64,000 nt of DNA. Source: Octopus vulgaris. Its lineage: Eukaryota. Positions 1 to 12,559 of the stretch are shown here, piece after piece (within the stretch, counting starts at the first letter, position 1; every line of letters begins with the position of its first letter). The notes below the pieces were generated by a model that was not told where the DNA came from, made no database searches, and worked only from the letters and a program-made list of their open reading frames with translations. The translations under genes were made by a program, and so were the position numbers. The stretch covers positions 29,884,001-29,948,000 of the forward strand of contig OX597830.1 of NCBI GenBank assembly GCA_951406725.2. Direction: 5' to 3'.

Positions 1-112
1 GTGTAATATAATATGTAACAGTTATTCCATTGCCATAAAAAATTCCGAGTTTCGGATGTCGAGCGGAAATCTACTCCGGGATCTCGTCAGTTAAGACGTA
101 TTACTACTACTA

Positions 113-166
<54 letters not shown>

Positions 167-196
167 TGTATGTATGTATATATGTATGCATGCATG

Positions 197-234
<38 letters not shown>

Positions 235-279
235 TCTATGTATATATGGATGCATGCATGTATGTATACACACACACAC

Positions 280-326
<47 letters not shown>

Positions 327-335
327 GAATTTACA

Positions 336-712
336 TAAAAACAAAAGACGAAGACGAGTGTGTAAACAATAATCATATGTATTAGTTTAACGCTCGGGAA
401 ATGGGAAAGTCTTTTAAGTTTCGAGCCTACGCTCTTCGACAGAAAAGAACACAGAAATAAGCAAGAAAAGAAAATAGAAAAACATTTAGTGGCTAGCGAT
501 CTATCATGGCAAATGCCGGAACGAGGGCTGACACAGGAGACCTGGGAAGAAGGGGAGATAATAAAGTAGTAGTGATCCCAAAACAAAGGTGCGCGTGCGT
601 GTGTGATGTGGTGGTGTGTGGTGTGGTATGTTGGTCTTGGGGCGTGGGGGAGGCGAAAGTGAGGGATGCAATTGTGGGGTGGGACGGGATGCATAGGTGG
701 AGTGTCCAGTCT
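336..712 (-). mobile_element. 5'-truncated 3' end (pLTR/UTR) of a Penelope-like element, same family as 18352-19750
   Basis: 336-600 aligns by eye with 18350-18610 (acaaaagacgaaga...tattagtttaacg...agcctacgctcttc...aggggagat..taaagtag...aaacaaaggtgcgcgtgc); abuts a (TA)n tract and carries a hammerhead-like motif. Confidence 0.8.
410..448 (-). ncRNA. minimal type I hammerhead-like motif (A6U core variant, stem III mutated)
   Basis: minus strand reads TCTTTT-CTGTCGA-A-GAGC-GTAG-GCTC-GAAA-CT-TA-AAAGA: stem I TCTTT/AAAGA, stem II GAGC/GCTC. Confidence 0.6.
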
Positions 713-1849
713 GATGATCTGTAAACTGAAATTCGAATAACTAGATGCGAAATGCTGAGTGTTTAATAAGTAACACTCAATACAATCTCTCAAACATTAA
801 GCCCAATTGTAATCTTCTTGTCTGTATTTTCGTACGTGTGACGCACATGAATGTGTGTTTGTGTATAATTGTTGATGTAGAAGGGATATGCGTTTGAAGC
901 ATATTTGAGGTTTGGCAGCATATTGGCGGAATCTCATGAGTATCGATCAAAATATCTTGCGGTGTTTATTATCATTCTACACCTTTCAGGTTTAACTGTA
1001 CTTAGATATATTGATATTATGACTTTAAGACTGACACTGTAAGCTATACTCACACACATACACACACACACACACACATACACACACACACTCACACAGA
1101 CGCATATACACATACACACATATGCACATGCACACGCACAAACACAAATACACACACACACATATATATTCATTATGATATATATTCATTTGTTGATTTT
1201 CTCACCTGTACATATCAACAGATTTATTATGTATGGTTGTTTGTTTCGCTTCCATTATCTAACGACAATAAATTCGGTTCGAAATTCAGTGACAGAAAGC
1301 AATAAAACGGACAGTAAAAAATATGACACTCCTTATAGCCATAAAAACGGTGTGACAAAACAAGAGAGCTTCATGTGTCTAAAACAGCTTGTATGAATAT
1401 GTAATATACGTGTGTGATTGTAATGACAATACATACATACATACATGCATACATACACACATACATACATACATGAATACAATCACGCACGCTCAATCAA
1501 ACATATACATCTATAATCGCAATGTTGTATTAGCAAATATTTGTGGAAAGAAAATAACTTGTGAAATGAAAAGAACTCTATACTTGGATAAAAGTAAATT
1601 CATCAAACCATTTCAGATCTCACTATTAATTGTTTCATGACTGAAGTCAATCTTCAGACCCGGATCTATAATTTCGAGGCGTCTCCTGCAATCAGAGCAT
1701 AACAGAAACTTAAACACTAGCCATTCTCATCTGAAATTCTAATGTGTTGTGAGATGCCCACCTTCACCACCAACACAGCCATGTCTACATACATATGAAT
1801 GTGTGTGTTTATCTATGTATGCGTGTATGTATGATAATGATTGTGATGT

Positions 1850-3085
1850 GTGTCCACTCATGACCGACCATTGCGTCCGTGGTTTCCACGCATACAGCAG
1901 CGCCCTCCTACCCATCCGGTCATCGGATACTTGCCTCGCTGGTGATACCACAGCCTACGACTTTAGGTCCAATAACACTTTTAAAGCAGGCCCAGGGCCC
2001 TTTCTGCCCTACAGTCTGGCATGATTCAGAGAAAGTACAAGGCATGATATCGATGGTCAATATGGGGCGCAAGCTCAAGAATGACGGAACGCCATGACCT
2101 CAAATGCCAGCAGAACAAGCTCCAAAGTTTCAATGGGACTTCCGCATATTCTTCATTTTCCATAGCTGGGCTATTTCGTACTTAAGAGGATTGCTTTTAT
2201 ATATTATTTTTTTTTTTTTGCTTTCTTTCTTGACTATTCATGGCTCAAAGAGACTTGCAACATCAACTATATAGCACAGGTAGTGCATCTCGTCCATCAC
2301 CACTAAGTCCGGTCTGTTATACTCTAGCACCTGATCTGTTTGGATTGGGAAATTCCAGACGATTTTGCTAGTCTCCGACTCTGCCACTCACTGCGGTTTA
2401 TACTCATACCATATCTTGCTTCTTTCTAGCCCCACTTTTAGCACAGCTTCCTGCGTAGCACTTTCGCTACCTGATCGTGTCGCCACAGCTTGTAGTGGTT
2501 TGGGGTAAGCTTAGGCACTTTCGTTCGTGACATGGGCAATGGTTTCATCCACTCTATTGCAGATGCGACACAGCGGAGACACTTGCTCATTCTTAAGGTT
2601 GACTCTCCAGTTCGTGGCCCAAACTTGGTCTTGCGCTGCCAGTATAGTGCTCTCGGTCTCTTTTTTTAATGTTCCTTTCTTCAGCCAATCCCACTTATTT
2701 TTTCCAGCAATTTCTGTTGTGGCTTTATGGAATTGATTGTGTAGTCTCTTCTTGCGTAATCCTTCTTCATGTCCTTTTTGTACTCCTTCCTTTGTTTTGC
2801 CTTTTTTGTCTGCTTTCAATACTCCCTTATTCCTAACTGACACTAGCAATGTTTCCTTACCTTGGGCTAAGTATCTCATTAAGCTCCCGAGTTCCATACG
2901 TTTGCAGTCTTCAACACCTGTCAGTCCCCTTGCTCCATTTGCTCTCTTCGTGTATAGGTGATCAGTGTCTGCACGTAGATGATGGGTTCCATGCATTGCT
3001 AGGAGCTTTCTTGACTTCCTGTCCAACTCCTTTAGCTCCTCCTCTGTCCACTTCAGGATTCCAGTACCAAAGCAAACTACCGTGA
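1850..3085 (-). mobile_element. degenerate R4/Dong-like (restriction-like endonuclease) non-LTR retrotransposon, 3' part
   Basis: ORF 2511..3026 gives LKKETESTILAAQDQ and CRICNRVDETIAHV (CCHC knuckle); downstream broken frames give RHDQVAKV, IQTDQVLEYNRPDLVVMD (PD motif) and LKYEIAQLWKM. Confidence 0.8.
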
Positions 3086-3106
3086 CCGCACGTGAGTTCT
3101 TTGTAT

Positions 3107-3108
3107 TA

Positions 3109-3172
<64 letters not shown>

Positions 3173-3316
3173 CATTATTATTATTATTAATACTATTATT
3201 ATTATTATTGTTGTTGTTGTTGTTGTTGTTATTGCTGTTGTTGTCGCTATTGTTATTGTTGTTGTTTTTGTTGTTGTTGTTGTTGTTGTTGCTGTTGTTG
3301 TTGTTGTTTCTATTAT
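3107..3316. repeat. (TTA)n/(TTG)n microsatellite between two R4/Dong-like fragments
   Basis: direct reading. Confidence 0.95.
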
Positions 3317-4260
3317 GAAAGACTCTCGGATAGTTCTTAATTACTGGTTATTCTCTACTTGAAAGCAGGCAACAACAAATCACCAAAGGTTTCAAGTAGT
3401 GACTCCTCCTGTGGCTCAAAGAGACAATACTCTTCTCAGAATGTGAGCTGTACCCAACATTGCTGTCTTCTGGATGACCCGGAGCATGACACCAGTCTCA
3501 GTATTCTTAATATGTTTTTCAAAACCCTTAGAAACTGCTCCTAAAGCTACAATTACCACCGATACCACCATTACTTTCCTCATGACACATAACTGTCCTA
3601 TCTCGTTCCGCAACGGCTGGTATTTCTAAATCTTTTCTGTTTCCTTACCTTTCACCCTCGAATCGCCTGATATTGCAACATCTATTATCTTTACTTCTTT
3701 TTCATCTTTATGGGTGAGCACGATATATGATCATCTCGCCTCTATGACTTGGTCGCACTGCATGTTAAAATGTTATGCTCGTTTTCCATAACTCCCTCTC
3801 GCTTGTGTTCATACCATTGTTCGGCTCTCTCGAGGCTTGCTTTACCGCACAACAGCCGGAGGATATATCTGGTCCCATTGTCATGTATCCTTTTATATTC
3901 ACGTTGAGCGAGCTTACAACACTCACTAACAATATGGCTTATACTTTCTCTCTTCTCAGAGCATATCCTACACTGTGGAGAGTCAGTGATTTTATCAATA
4001 TGATATTTGTAGTAGTTTCTTCTTGAGTGCTGCACACTAATACCTCAGAAATTCTCCTTTCTGCAGCCATTTCCAGGTTCTGTTCCAGTCAATCTGATCT
4101 TTATTATTCAAGAGCTGACTGTGTATTTTCAAGTCCTGCTAAATTTTCTTCATCTGTTCTCTCTGGCCTTTCTAAAATTGTGTTGGATCTACGGCTTCGT
4201 TCACTTTTAAGGTTCTCTGCATTTTCACTGATTCAATCATTTTTTCTTTACTCCCTTTAA
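3317..4260 (-). mobile_element. second degenerate R4/Dong-like non-LTR retrotransposon, 3' part
   Basis: ORF 3742..4035 gives SPQCRICSEKRESISHIVSECCKLAQREYKRIHD; ORF 3416..3613 gives VVIVALGAV...IQKTAMLGTAHILRRVL, a typical REL C-terminus; ends in an (AAC)/(TAA)n tail. Confidence 0.85.
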
Positions 4261-4524
4261 TCTTCCATTAAAACCCTGTTTTTCTTTTTTTTTTTTTACA
4301 AATATTGAACATACACAATAATCAAAATCATTAGCATATACAGAAACAGTATACGAAATTGTTAGGCTTCAATCCAATTCAGTGTTTCTTATCACACATA
4401 ATAAAAATTTCTATAATCACCAGACCCCTTTAGAGACCGATTAAAGTAGGAATCGTGACACATTCAAATGAAAACACCAATAAATAAAGCTACCTTACAA
4501 TGTCTACGGAATATACAAATTCTA

Positions 4525-5022
4525 CAAAAAGGATTGGAGACAAACACTTTCCTCTCTGGTCAATCTCTCATTAACTTCTTCAAGTATCACTTGAAAAGGA
4601 AAGTGAGCGTAGAGAGGCAAGTTTTGTCTTGCGAATGTTTCAGAAATGATGAGTGAATGTAGCAAGGATAGCACGTATGAATGACGAAGCCACCTTGAGC
4701 ATAATCCTATGAACCCAGAAAAATTTAAAACAGAGAGTTACTCACTTGCAAATAAATGTGTTAACATGTGACATTATTGACCAAGGTTACCGTGGTCTTT
4801 TCCGTAGGCTTTTCTTTCCACAGATAAACTTTATCTGCTTCCCCCTTTACACTTTACATCATGACATTTCTGTGATACACGATCGCTATTGGTCGCTTTT
4901 TTCTTTGTTTTCTTTCCTTTTTACGATCCCTTTTGATCGAAAACCTACCCCTATTTTTTCTCTCCCCAAAAAGAAAAGCTCTACTTTGTAATTTGTCCCG
5001 TCTGTGGCTAATAAAGAAACAT
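4525..5022 (+). mobile_element. 3' fragment of L1/Tx1-like LINE
   Basis: KGLETNTFLSGQSLINFFKYHLKRKV matches KGLKTNTFLFGQSLINFFMIHLKRKI at about 26750-26830; ends tgtggctaataaagaaac. Confidence 0.75.
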
Positions 5023-5703
5023 ATTTAGAAGAACACCATAAAAATATGTCGTAGCCGAAAAGTAGCTATGACAAAAGCCAAAAGGTATCTATCGCTCTCA
5101 TCCCCACAACAAATACGTTAAAAATATATAATTCATACCTGACAAAAACAATAAAATATATCCAAACGTCAATATCATCAAAATCACATTTATAGGAGTA
5201 AAAGACACTATAATCTCAACATAGAACAGCCCTGCACTAGATCATACATTCAAAGGATATGTATGTGGGTAAGAATGTGTATGTATTTCACTATACGTAT
5301 ATGTATGTATCCATATATGCAAATATGTGTATGCATATATATATATATATATATATAATGAATGAATGACGTGTAACATTATAGGGGACTATAACCCTCT
5401 AGAAATGCAGGCTATCGAAATAAAACCAGTGAATCGAATCGCATTAATGTATGTACTATACACACACAAGATATATATATGCGTGTGTGTGCGCGCGCGT
5501 ATGTGTATATGTACACGCACCATAGGAGATGCCAGCAAGAGTCAAGCCAAATGAGAACCACACACAATAACACCTTAAAGCTATCAGAAACAAGCAACTA
5601 GGTATCCACAAATACCCTCAGCAGCTCCTTGTTTTGAAACATTACATATATAAGACAACTAAAACATTGAGATTAGAACTAAACTCAGATTAGAACGACG
5701 TTT

Positions 5704-5876
5704 CCGTTACGTTCTTAGTTCAAATTCCGCCGAGGTCGACTTTGCCTTTCATCCTTTCGGAGTCGATAAATTAAGTACGAATTACGCACTGGGATCGATG
5801 TAATCGACTTAATCCGTTTATCTGTCCTTGTTTGTCCCCTCGGTGTTTAGCCCCTTGTGGGTAGTAAAGAAATATA
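5704..5876 (+). mobile_element. SINE family C, 5'-truncated
   Basis: gttcaaattccgccgaggtcgactttgcctttcatcctttcgg...gccccttgtgggtagtaaagaaata, matching 22351-22577. Confidence 0.85.
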
Positions 5877-6669
5877 TATATCTTACAAGTTACATATGAA
5901 AACGGAAATATACTTAAATAAACCAACGGAAACGTCCCTTCTCTTCTCCTTTCAATATATTCTGTTCTTTAAAACAGCTTATTGAAATATTCAAGAAATT
6001 TCTTCGACCAACATACCGATTATCATCACAAGACAATAAAATATATTTAAGTAATAAAACGGAATGTTTTTAAAAATTGAACCAATGTATGACGGAGCGG
6101 ACTCTAACCCGAAATGAAACGATGTCTTCAGAATATCACCAATTTACAAATAACATCATATTCACCGCAGTAGATTCACAAGTTGTTGAACAACAAATAA
6201 TGTAAAAGAAACTCAGTGTAACATTATGAGTATTATCTGAGAAAGTCCATTATCGTTTACGCACCGAATTTGCAGCATAGATTCATTAACTCGATCGACT
6301 TGAAACATTTGCCAAAACATTTCTCAGGTCTCCTACCTTTATTAAAATTTGGAATGAAACATTGGATAATATAGTTCTGGCTGAGTTGTTTTTGAATAAA
6401 TAGTGGTAGAATCTCGACCGGAATGTCTTTGATCCATTACACGGCCGTCCTTGACCTGGAAATAAGCAACCAAGAAGAGAATGAAAACTTCATACAGGTT
6501 ATATCGAACGTCCTAATTTAATTGTTATATAGCGTGACTGAAAATTGTGTATGAATTATTCTCTGAAATTATTATATATATAGACATTCACATATACATG
6601 TTGGTGTGCCTGTACTTGTGTTCCGGCGTATATATATATATATAATATGTGACAATTATTCGGTAGCCA

Positions 6670-6709
<40 letters not shown>

Positions 6710-7529
6710 TTATTTATATATGTATGTATATATGCATGTATGGATATGTATTTACGTATGTATAGATGGATGGATGGATTTGTATAATCAGTATGAGCCC
6801 CTTAAATAGAGAAGAACAAATAATGTGTGTTCATTTATTTTCAACACGTTTCCGCGCACTTGAATGTGGAAGGGATTCTTTGCTGGATTTTGTAGTGGAC
6901 AATTAAATATTTCTTGTAAAGTTTCTGCATGTAAAGACACAGCAAACTCTAAACTAACGTGAGCGTATTACGAGACACTGGGTAATTTGGTCTCCTTATC
7001 GAAAAATATCGTGTCGCTTAATTAATACTACACATAAACTTCTTTTCACATGTTCGTGTGTGTGTGTATATATATATTTTTTATGCGTGCGTGTGTGTAT
7101 ACACAAGCAATAAAAATGAGTCAATTGAGTTGAGGCTGGACGAGCTGATAAGTACACAAAGCAGTGCCCATCATATACTTGTGCATACCATTATTCTTGA
7201 TACGTTCCTGCAGACTCGAACGTGAATGGCTTTCGCTGCGGGATAGTGTGTTAGAGGGCACATTACTCTCTATTGGCTTTCTGTGAAAAGGAAAGAGTTC
7301 TTGTGTAGAAAATGTTTTGGGAACAAAGTTACCGGTTATGATTTTGAACTTTGCTGCCTTGTGTATAAATAATGAAATTAATCAAGTTTTACTGGCCTCT
7401 GCATTTCACAGATAATTGGACTTCTTTCCCTCCGCTTGACCGAAACAATGTATTTGTTTGTCATCTAATCTCACTTTAAGCCGGGTGCGTCCCATGTACA
7501 AAATGTAAATAGACAAATTTAGGATCAAG

Positions 7530-7932
7530 TGATAGTATGTTGTCAATTTAATGTTACAGTCCATGAAAGGGAAGAATGATACTGCTATTTAGCCCTACGA
7601 AACACCGTTTCCTGTTGGCCATGATACATTTTCTGTGCCCTTATGTTTTCAAAGTGGGAGATAAGCACATGCACCCAGAAAAGCCAGTCTCCAGAGTCTA
7701 GTTTCAGAGTCATTGCTCATCATCAGTCTGGAGTAGCTAACTGTCGATGCTTATTCGCCTTTGAAAACATATATTTCAAGTGCTGGGTGGAGGTGTTTAT
7801 CTCCCCCTTTGAAAACATAAGGACACAGAAAATGTGTCATGGCCAACAAGAAACGGTGTTTCCTAGGGCTAAATAACAGTTGCATTCTTCCCTTTCATGG
7901 GACTGTCACATTAAGTTCACAGCATACCATCA
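7530..7932. mobile_element. foldback MITE with about 150-bp terminal inverted arms
   Basis: 7530-7678 is the reverse complement of 7783-7932 (e.g. tatttagccctacgaaacaccgtttc / gaaacggtgtttcctagggctaaata); related to 46930-47145. Confidence 0.85.
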
Positions 7933-8029
7933 ATTTATCGTGCTGCTACAGTATAAATCTCTCTGAGAAATTTAAATACTCAGAAAGGTCATCGTTTGGC
8001 CCTAGCACTATATTATGTTTCTTTCTCTT

Positions 8030-8685
8030 AGTCTTTTACTTGTTTCAGTCATATGACTGTGATCATGCTGCAGCACTGCCTTCAGTCGAACAAATTGACC
8101 CAGGGACTTATTCTTTGTTAGCCTAATACTTATCCTCTCAGTCACTGTTGCCGAACCGCTGGATTATGGGGACATAAACACACCAACATCGGTTATCAAG
8201 AGATGGTAGGGGAACAAGCACAGGCACAAAAATACATAGGCGTGGCTGTGTGGTAAGAAGCTTGCTTCCCAACAATATGCTACCGGGTTCAGTTTCACTG
8301 CAAGGCACCTTGGTCAAGTGTCTCCAACTATAGCCTCGACCCGACCAAAGCTTTGTGAGTGGATTTGGTTGACGTAAACTGAAAGAAGTGCGTCATATAT
8401 ATACATGTATATGTTTGTGTGTCTGTGTTTGTACCCACGACCACCACTAGCGCTTGACAAGCGATGTTAGTGTGTTTACGTCCTAGTAACTTAACTGTTC
8501 GGCAATAGAGACCAACAGAATAAGTACTGGGCTTACAAAGAGGGCTTCTTTCAGTTACCGTCAGCCAAATCCACTATCAAGGCTTTGGTCGGCTCGAGGG
8601 TGTAATAGAAGACACTTGCTCACGGTACTGCGCAGTGAGACTGGATCCGGATCCATGTGGCTCGGAAGCCACTCCTTCGCCTTTG
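8030..8685. mobile_element. nested SINE family A: plus-strand copy (about 8238-8540) inside a minus-strand copy (8030-8237 and 8541-8685)
   Basis: both parts match the 52519-52912 copy; the minus copy resumes at gggcttctttcagtt after the insert. Confidence 0.75.
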
Positions 8686-8789
8686 TGTATTTCCTTCTTT
8701 GTCCCTCGTCCGTCCAGTAACGGTCCCGTCCTGAATTACATTTATTCCTTTGCGTATGTCCACTTCTGTATCCTTTGTCTATCCAATTA

Positions 8790-8902
8790 TTGTTGAAAGG
8801 CAATGTCGAATTCGGGGTGTTTGGATTCAGATCGTAAAGACGGACGTAATATCGCAAAGCGTTTTGTACGGCGTGCTAACGATTCTGCCAGCTCACCACC
8901 TT
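8790..8902 (-). mobile_element. SINE family C 5' fragment
   Basis: gtgctaacgattctgccagctcaccacc is the reverse complement of the family C head. Confidence 0.7.
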
Positions 8903-9409
8903 ATGAATTCTTAAAATAAGCAATAGCCCTGCGTTTAATCTGTCTGCATAAATATATGCTCCGTTGAAGCACAGTGTTATTTGTTTAAAATGAGCTATAT
9001 AATAAATCATCTAGCTGCTTGTCTCTCATTCCCTGCCTATAACAGTTTTCACTTTAGTCTGGTGGCGTTTCAAGAAAATTTGCCAAGCATTTCCAGCAGA
9101 TCAAGTTGTCGAGTAGATGATCTTTTATTGGGTTGTTCTGAAGATTTTACTCTTTCTACAAAGAGAATTATTCTCTTACAACTAACGACTTGTGAAAAAC
9201 GCGAGTTAATTAATACATTTTGATTACGTTTAAACTAGTCGACTAATGAACGAAAGCACTACTTCTGGCTCATCGCTGGCATTTTTTACAACTTGCCCCA
9301 CACATGTTGCCACAGAACTATGTATGCATGTGTGTGTGAGTGTGCATATATATATATATATATGCATATATATACATATGTATACACACAGACATATATA
9401 TATATCCAT

Positions 9410-9440
<31 letters not shown>

Positions 9441-9474
9441 CATATATATACTTATATATATGTATGTATATATG

Positions 9475-9547
<73 letters not shown>

Positions 9548-10071
9548 ATACATACAGGTAAATGTATTTTAAGAGAGCGTTTGAAAGTAATCGAGATGAA
9601 TCAGATATATAATGAGGCTATGGCTGCTGCCGAATGCTGTTTTGTGAGTCAGGAAATAAAATTGAAAAAGACGTGAATTATGAGAATGTTAATAGACTAA
9701 TATGAAAGAAATTCATTACAAAATATACAGAGATACACACATATATAAATACGCGAACACGCATAGAGAGCTAGGAAGAATCAGGCAAAGAGAGAAACAT
9801 ATACGTGTACATCGACTCGAAAACAAGCAGATCCATGTATGAGAGCCTAGAGCTGTGCTTTTGTGCACTTGTACTTCAGAATATAGGTTATGTCGCCTCG
9901 AACCTTTGCCTCGGTATTTGCTTCGTGATTATGAAGTTGCTACTAGTTGAGCACGCGCATGCACACACACACACATTGTCATTTCAAATAAACGAACAAT
10001 AAAATTAACAATAACAGGCAGGAAGAGATCGTGCACAAGGAATGTACTGGTTTTACTCTCAGTAAGAGAGA

Positions 10072-10110
10072 AATTTTGACGTTTCGAGCATAGCCCTTCG
10101 TCGAAAAGGA
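10072..10110 (-). ncRNA. minimal hammerhead-like motif in a PLE pLTR remnant (about 10000-10155)
   Basis: minus strand TCCTTT-TCGACGA-A-GGGC-TAT-GCTC-GAAA-CG-TC-AAAA; palindromic ACGT stem III and a GUC cleavage triplet. Confidence 0.55.
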
Positions 10111-10186
10111 AAGAGGAAAAAGATCAAGGAAGGAAAAGGCATCATTGACAGGACGTGTTTAGATACATTGCTGAATCTATCTGTCA

Positions 10187-10265
<79 letters not shown>

Positions 10266-10291
10266 GATCGATCGGTCGATCTGTCTATCAA

Positions 10292-10496
10292 CTCTTTTAC
10301 TTGTTTCAGTCATTTTACTGCGGCCATGCTGGAGCACTGCCTTTAATCGAGTAAATCGACTCCAGGGTTTATTCTTGGTAAGCCTAGTACTTATTCTATC
10401 GGTCTCTTTTGCCAAACAGCTAAGTTACGGGGACATAAACACACCAGCATCGGTTTCAAGAGATGTTGGGGTGACAAACACAGACACACAAACACA

Positions 10497-10573
<77 letters not shown>

Positions 10574-10735
10574 TAATACATATATACGACGGGCTTCTTT
10601 CAGTTTCCGTCTACCAAATCTACTCACAAGGCTTTGGTCGGCCTGACGCTATAGTAGAAGACTCTTGGCCAAGGTACCACGCAGTGGGACTGAACCTGGA
10701 ACCATGTTGTTAGTAAGCAAGCTACTTACCACACA
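10292..10735 (-). mobile_element. SINE family A (tRNA-derived head)
   Basis: ctcttttacttgtttcagtcat...gccatgctggagcac...cacaaggctttggtcggcc...gtgggactgaacc. Confidence 0.9.
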
Positions 10736-10858
10736 CACACACACACACACACATACACACACACGCACATGCACACACACACACACACACATATATATAT
10801 ACATATATACAAATATATACATACATCCATATAAATATAGATAGATAGAAAGACAGAC

Positions 10859-10914
<56 letters not shown>

Positions 10915-12559
10915 ATAGAGAGACAGAGAGATAGATAGATATGCAAGTAAATATGTATAGTCGCTAACCTGTTTATATGGTACATGCTTTTCCTTTGTAT
11001 CGTTTTTCTTGTCTAGTAAATAAGGACACGTATTTTTGAAAAGATTTCAAGAGTTCTCATTGAATTCAGCGCACATCTGCTAATGGATATTTATATATTT
11101 ACACACCCATATAATTCGTATTTATGTATATGTATATATTTGTGCTTACATGAATGTCATATATAGATATGTGAATCTAAGTTTTCATTTATGTATGCGT
11201 ATACGTAAATATGTATATATGTGTATGTGTGTATGTTAATTATTATATAAGTAAATTTACATTAAGATAATAGGTATCCCCGTGTTATGCAAACTTCAGA
11301 GTACCACTTTTGCCCTTGCAGAAATTGTAAAATATGGCCACGATTTTCGGGATTCGTTCTATAATTTCGCTTTTATGAGAATTCGAATAAATTTTTCTAA
11401 TTTGAAGAGCCATTATTTTTCTCAACAAATAAACTACTTAGCTAAGGTCAAAGTATTTATGAATTTGAAAATTTAAGATTACAGTATGCACACGCACACG
11501 CACACACACACACAAACACACATACACACACAAACACACACACACGCACACACACACATACTTATATTTATATATAAATAAATAAATGAAGATGTCACAC
11601 AAATTATTGCACATTAACCCGGAGTTTCTACCTTTGAATAGGTCGCTTCAACCGTGTTACTGGCGTGAATTTTGCTACCCTGGTAACGGTTTATTGAACG
11701 TTCCTTGTTAACGGTCAACAAAGGATAATTCATTCATCCATTTATATATTTATGTATATGTATGCGCTTGTTTGTGCTTAAGCATCTATGATTATTTTAG
11801 GAAAATAGTAAATGCAAAGAGAGCAAAGAAAACACAGGAAGAACCAGTTTGAACAAATATTGTTTTAGGTTAACGCAGATATGGTATAAATTGAGTCTAA
11901 ACTTATTGGACACAAGTTCGTCGTCAGAAAAAAAGGTGTAGAAGGAATGTAAATTAGGAATACGAGTGAGTAGAAATGATAGCAATCTAGGAGTTAAGTA
12001 CAAGATGGGAATGCGATTATACGGGGAGAGTTAAGAATACAGGGGTCAAAAATTCCTCCTCCATCAACATGACCATCATGAGCCTCATAATGACAACGGA
12101 AACTAATACAAACAACATCCTCGCAACTACCAGAGCGCCATATTTTTCAATAAACAACGGGCATTAGCAAGAACAGTATCATCAGTATAGAAACCTCGAG
12201 TGTATGCGGACGCGTTTGTGCAAGTAACGTGTGGAGTTTAAGTGGTTCAAGTCAAAGGGTCAAAGGTGAAGTACCTATAAATCTGCTAACGCTTTGAGTA
12301 ACTGTAAGCATACAGTAATATCTTCCACCTCATCCTTCACCATTTCATCTTCTCAGTTCCATTCTTATATCCATAGGTAGAATACAAAAGAGTTTTCCTC
12401 GCGCAAAACAATACTTTCCTGGTGCTATGTTTTTACTACGTATTTGTTATGGATAATTGTTAATTGCCGCAGCTGTTTGATTTAGTTACAATTCGAGATA
12501 TTTGCATAGAAATCATAAAATGCTAGAGCTGGGATATGAAATATGTGCTTTAATACAAC

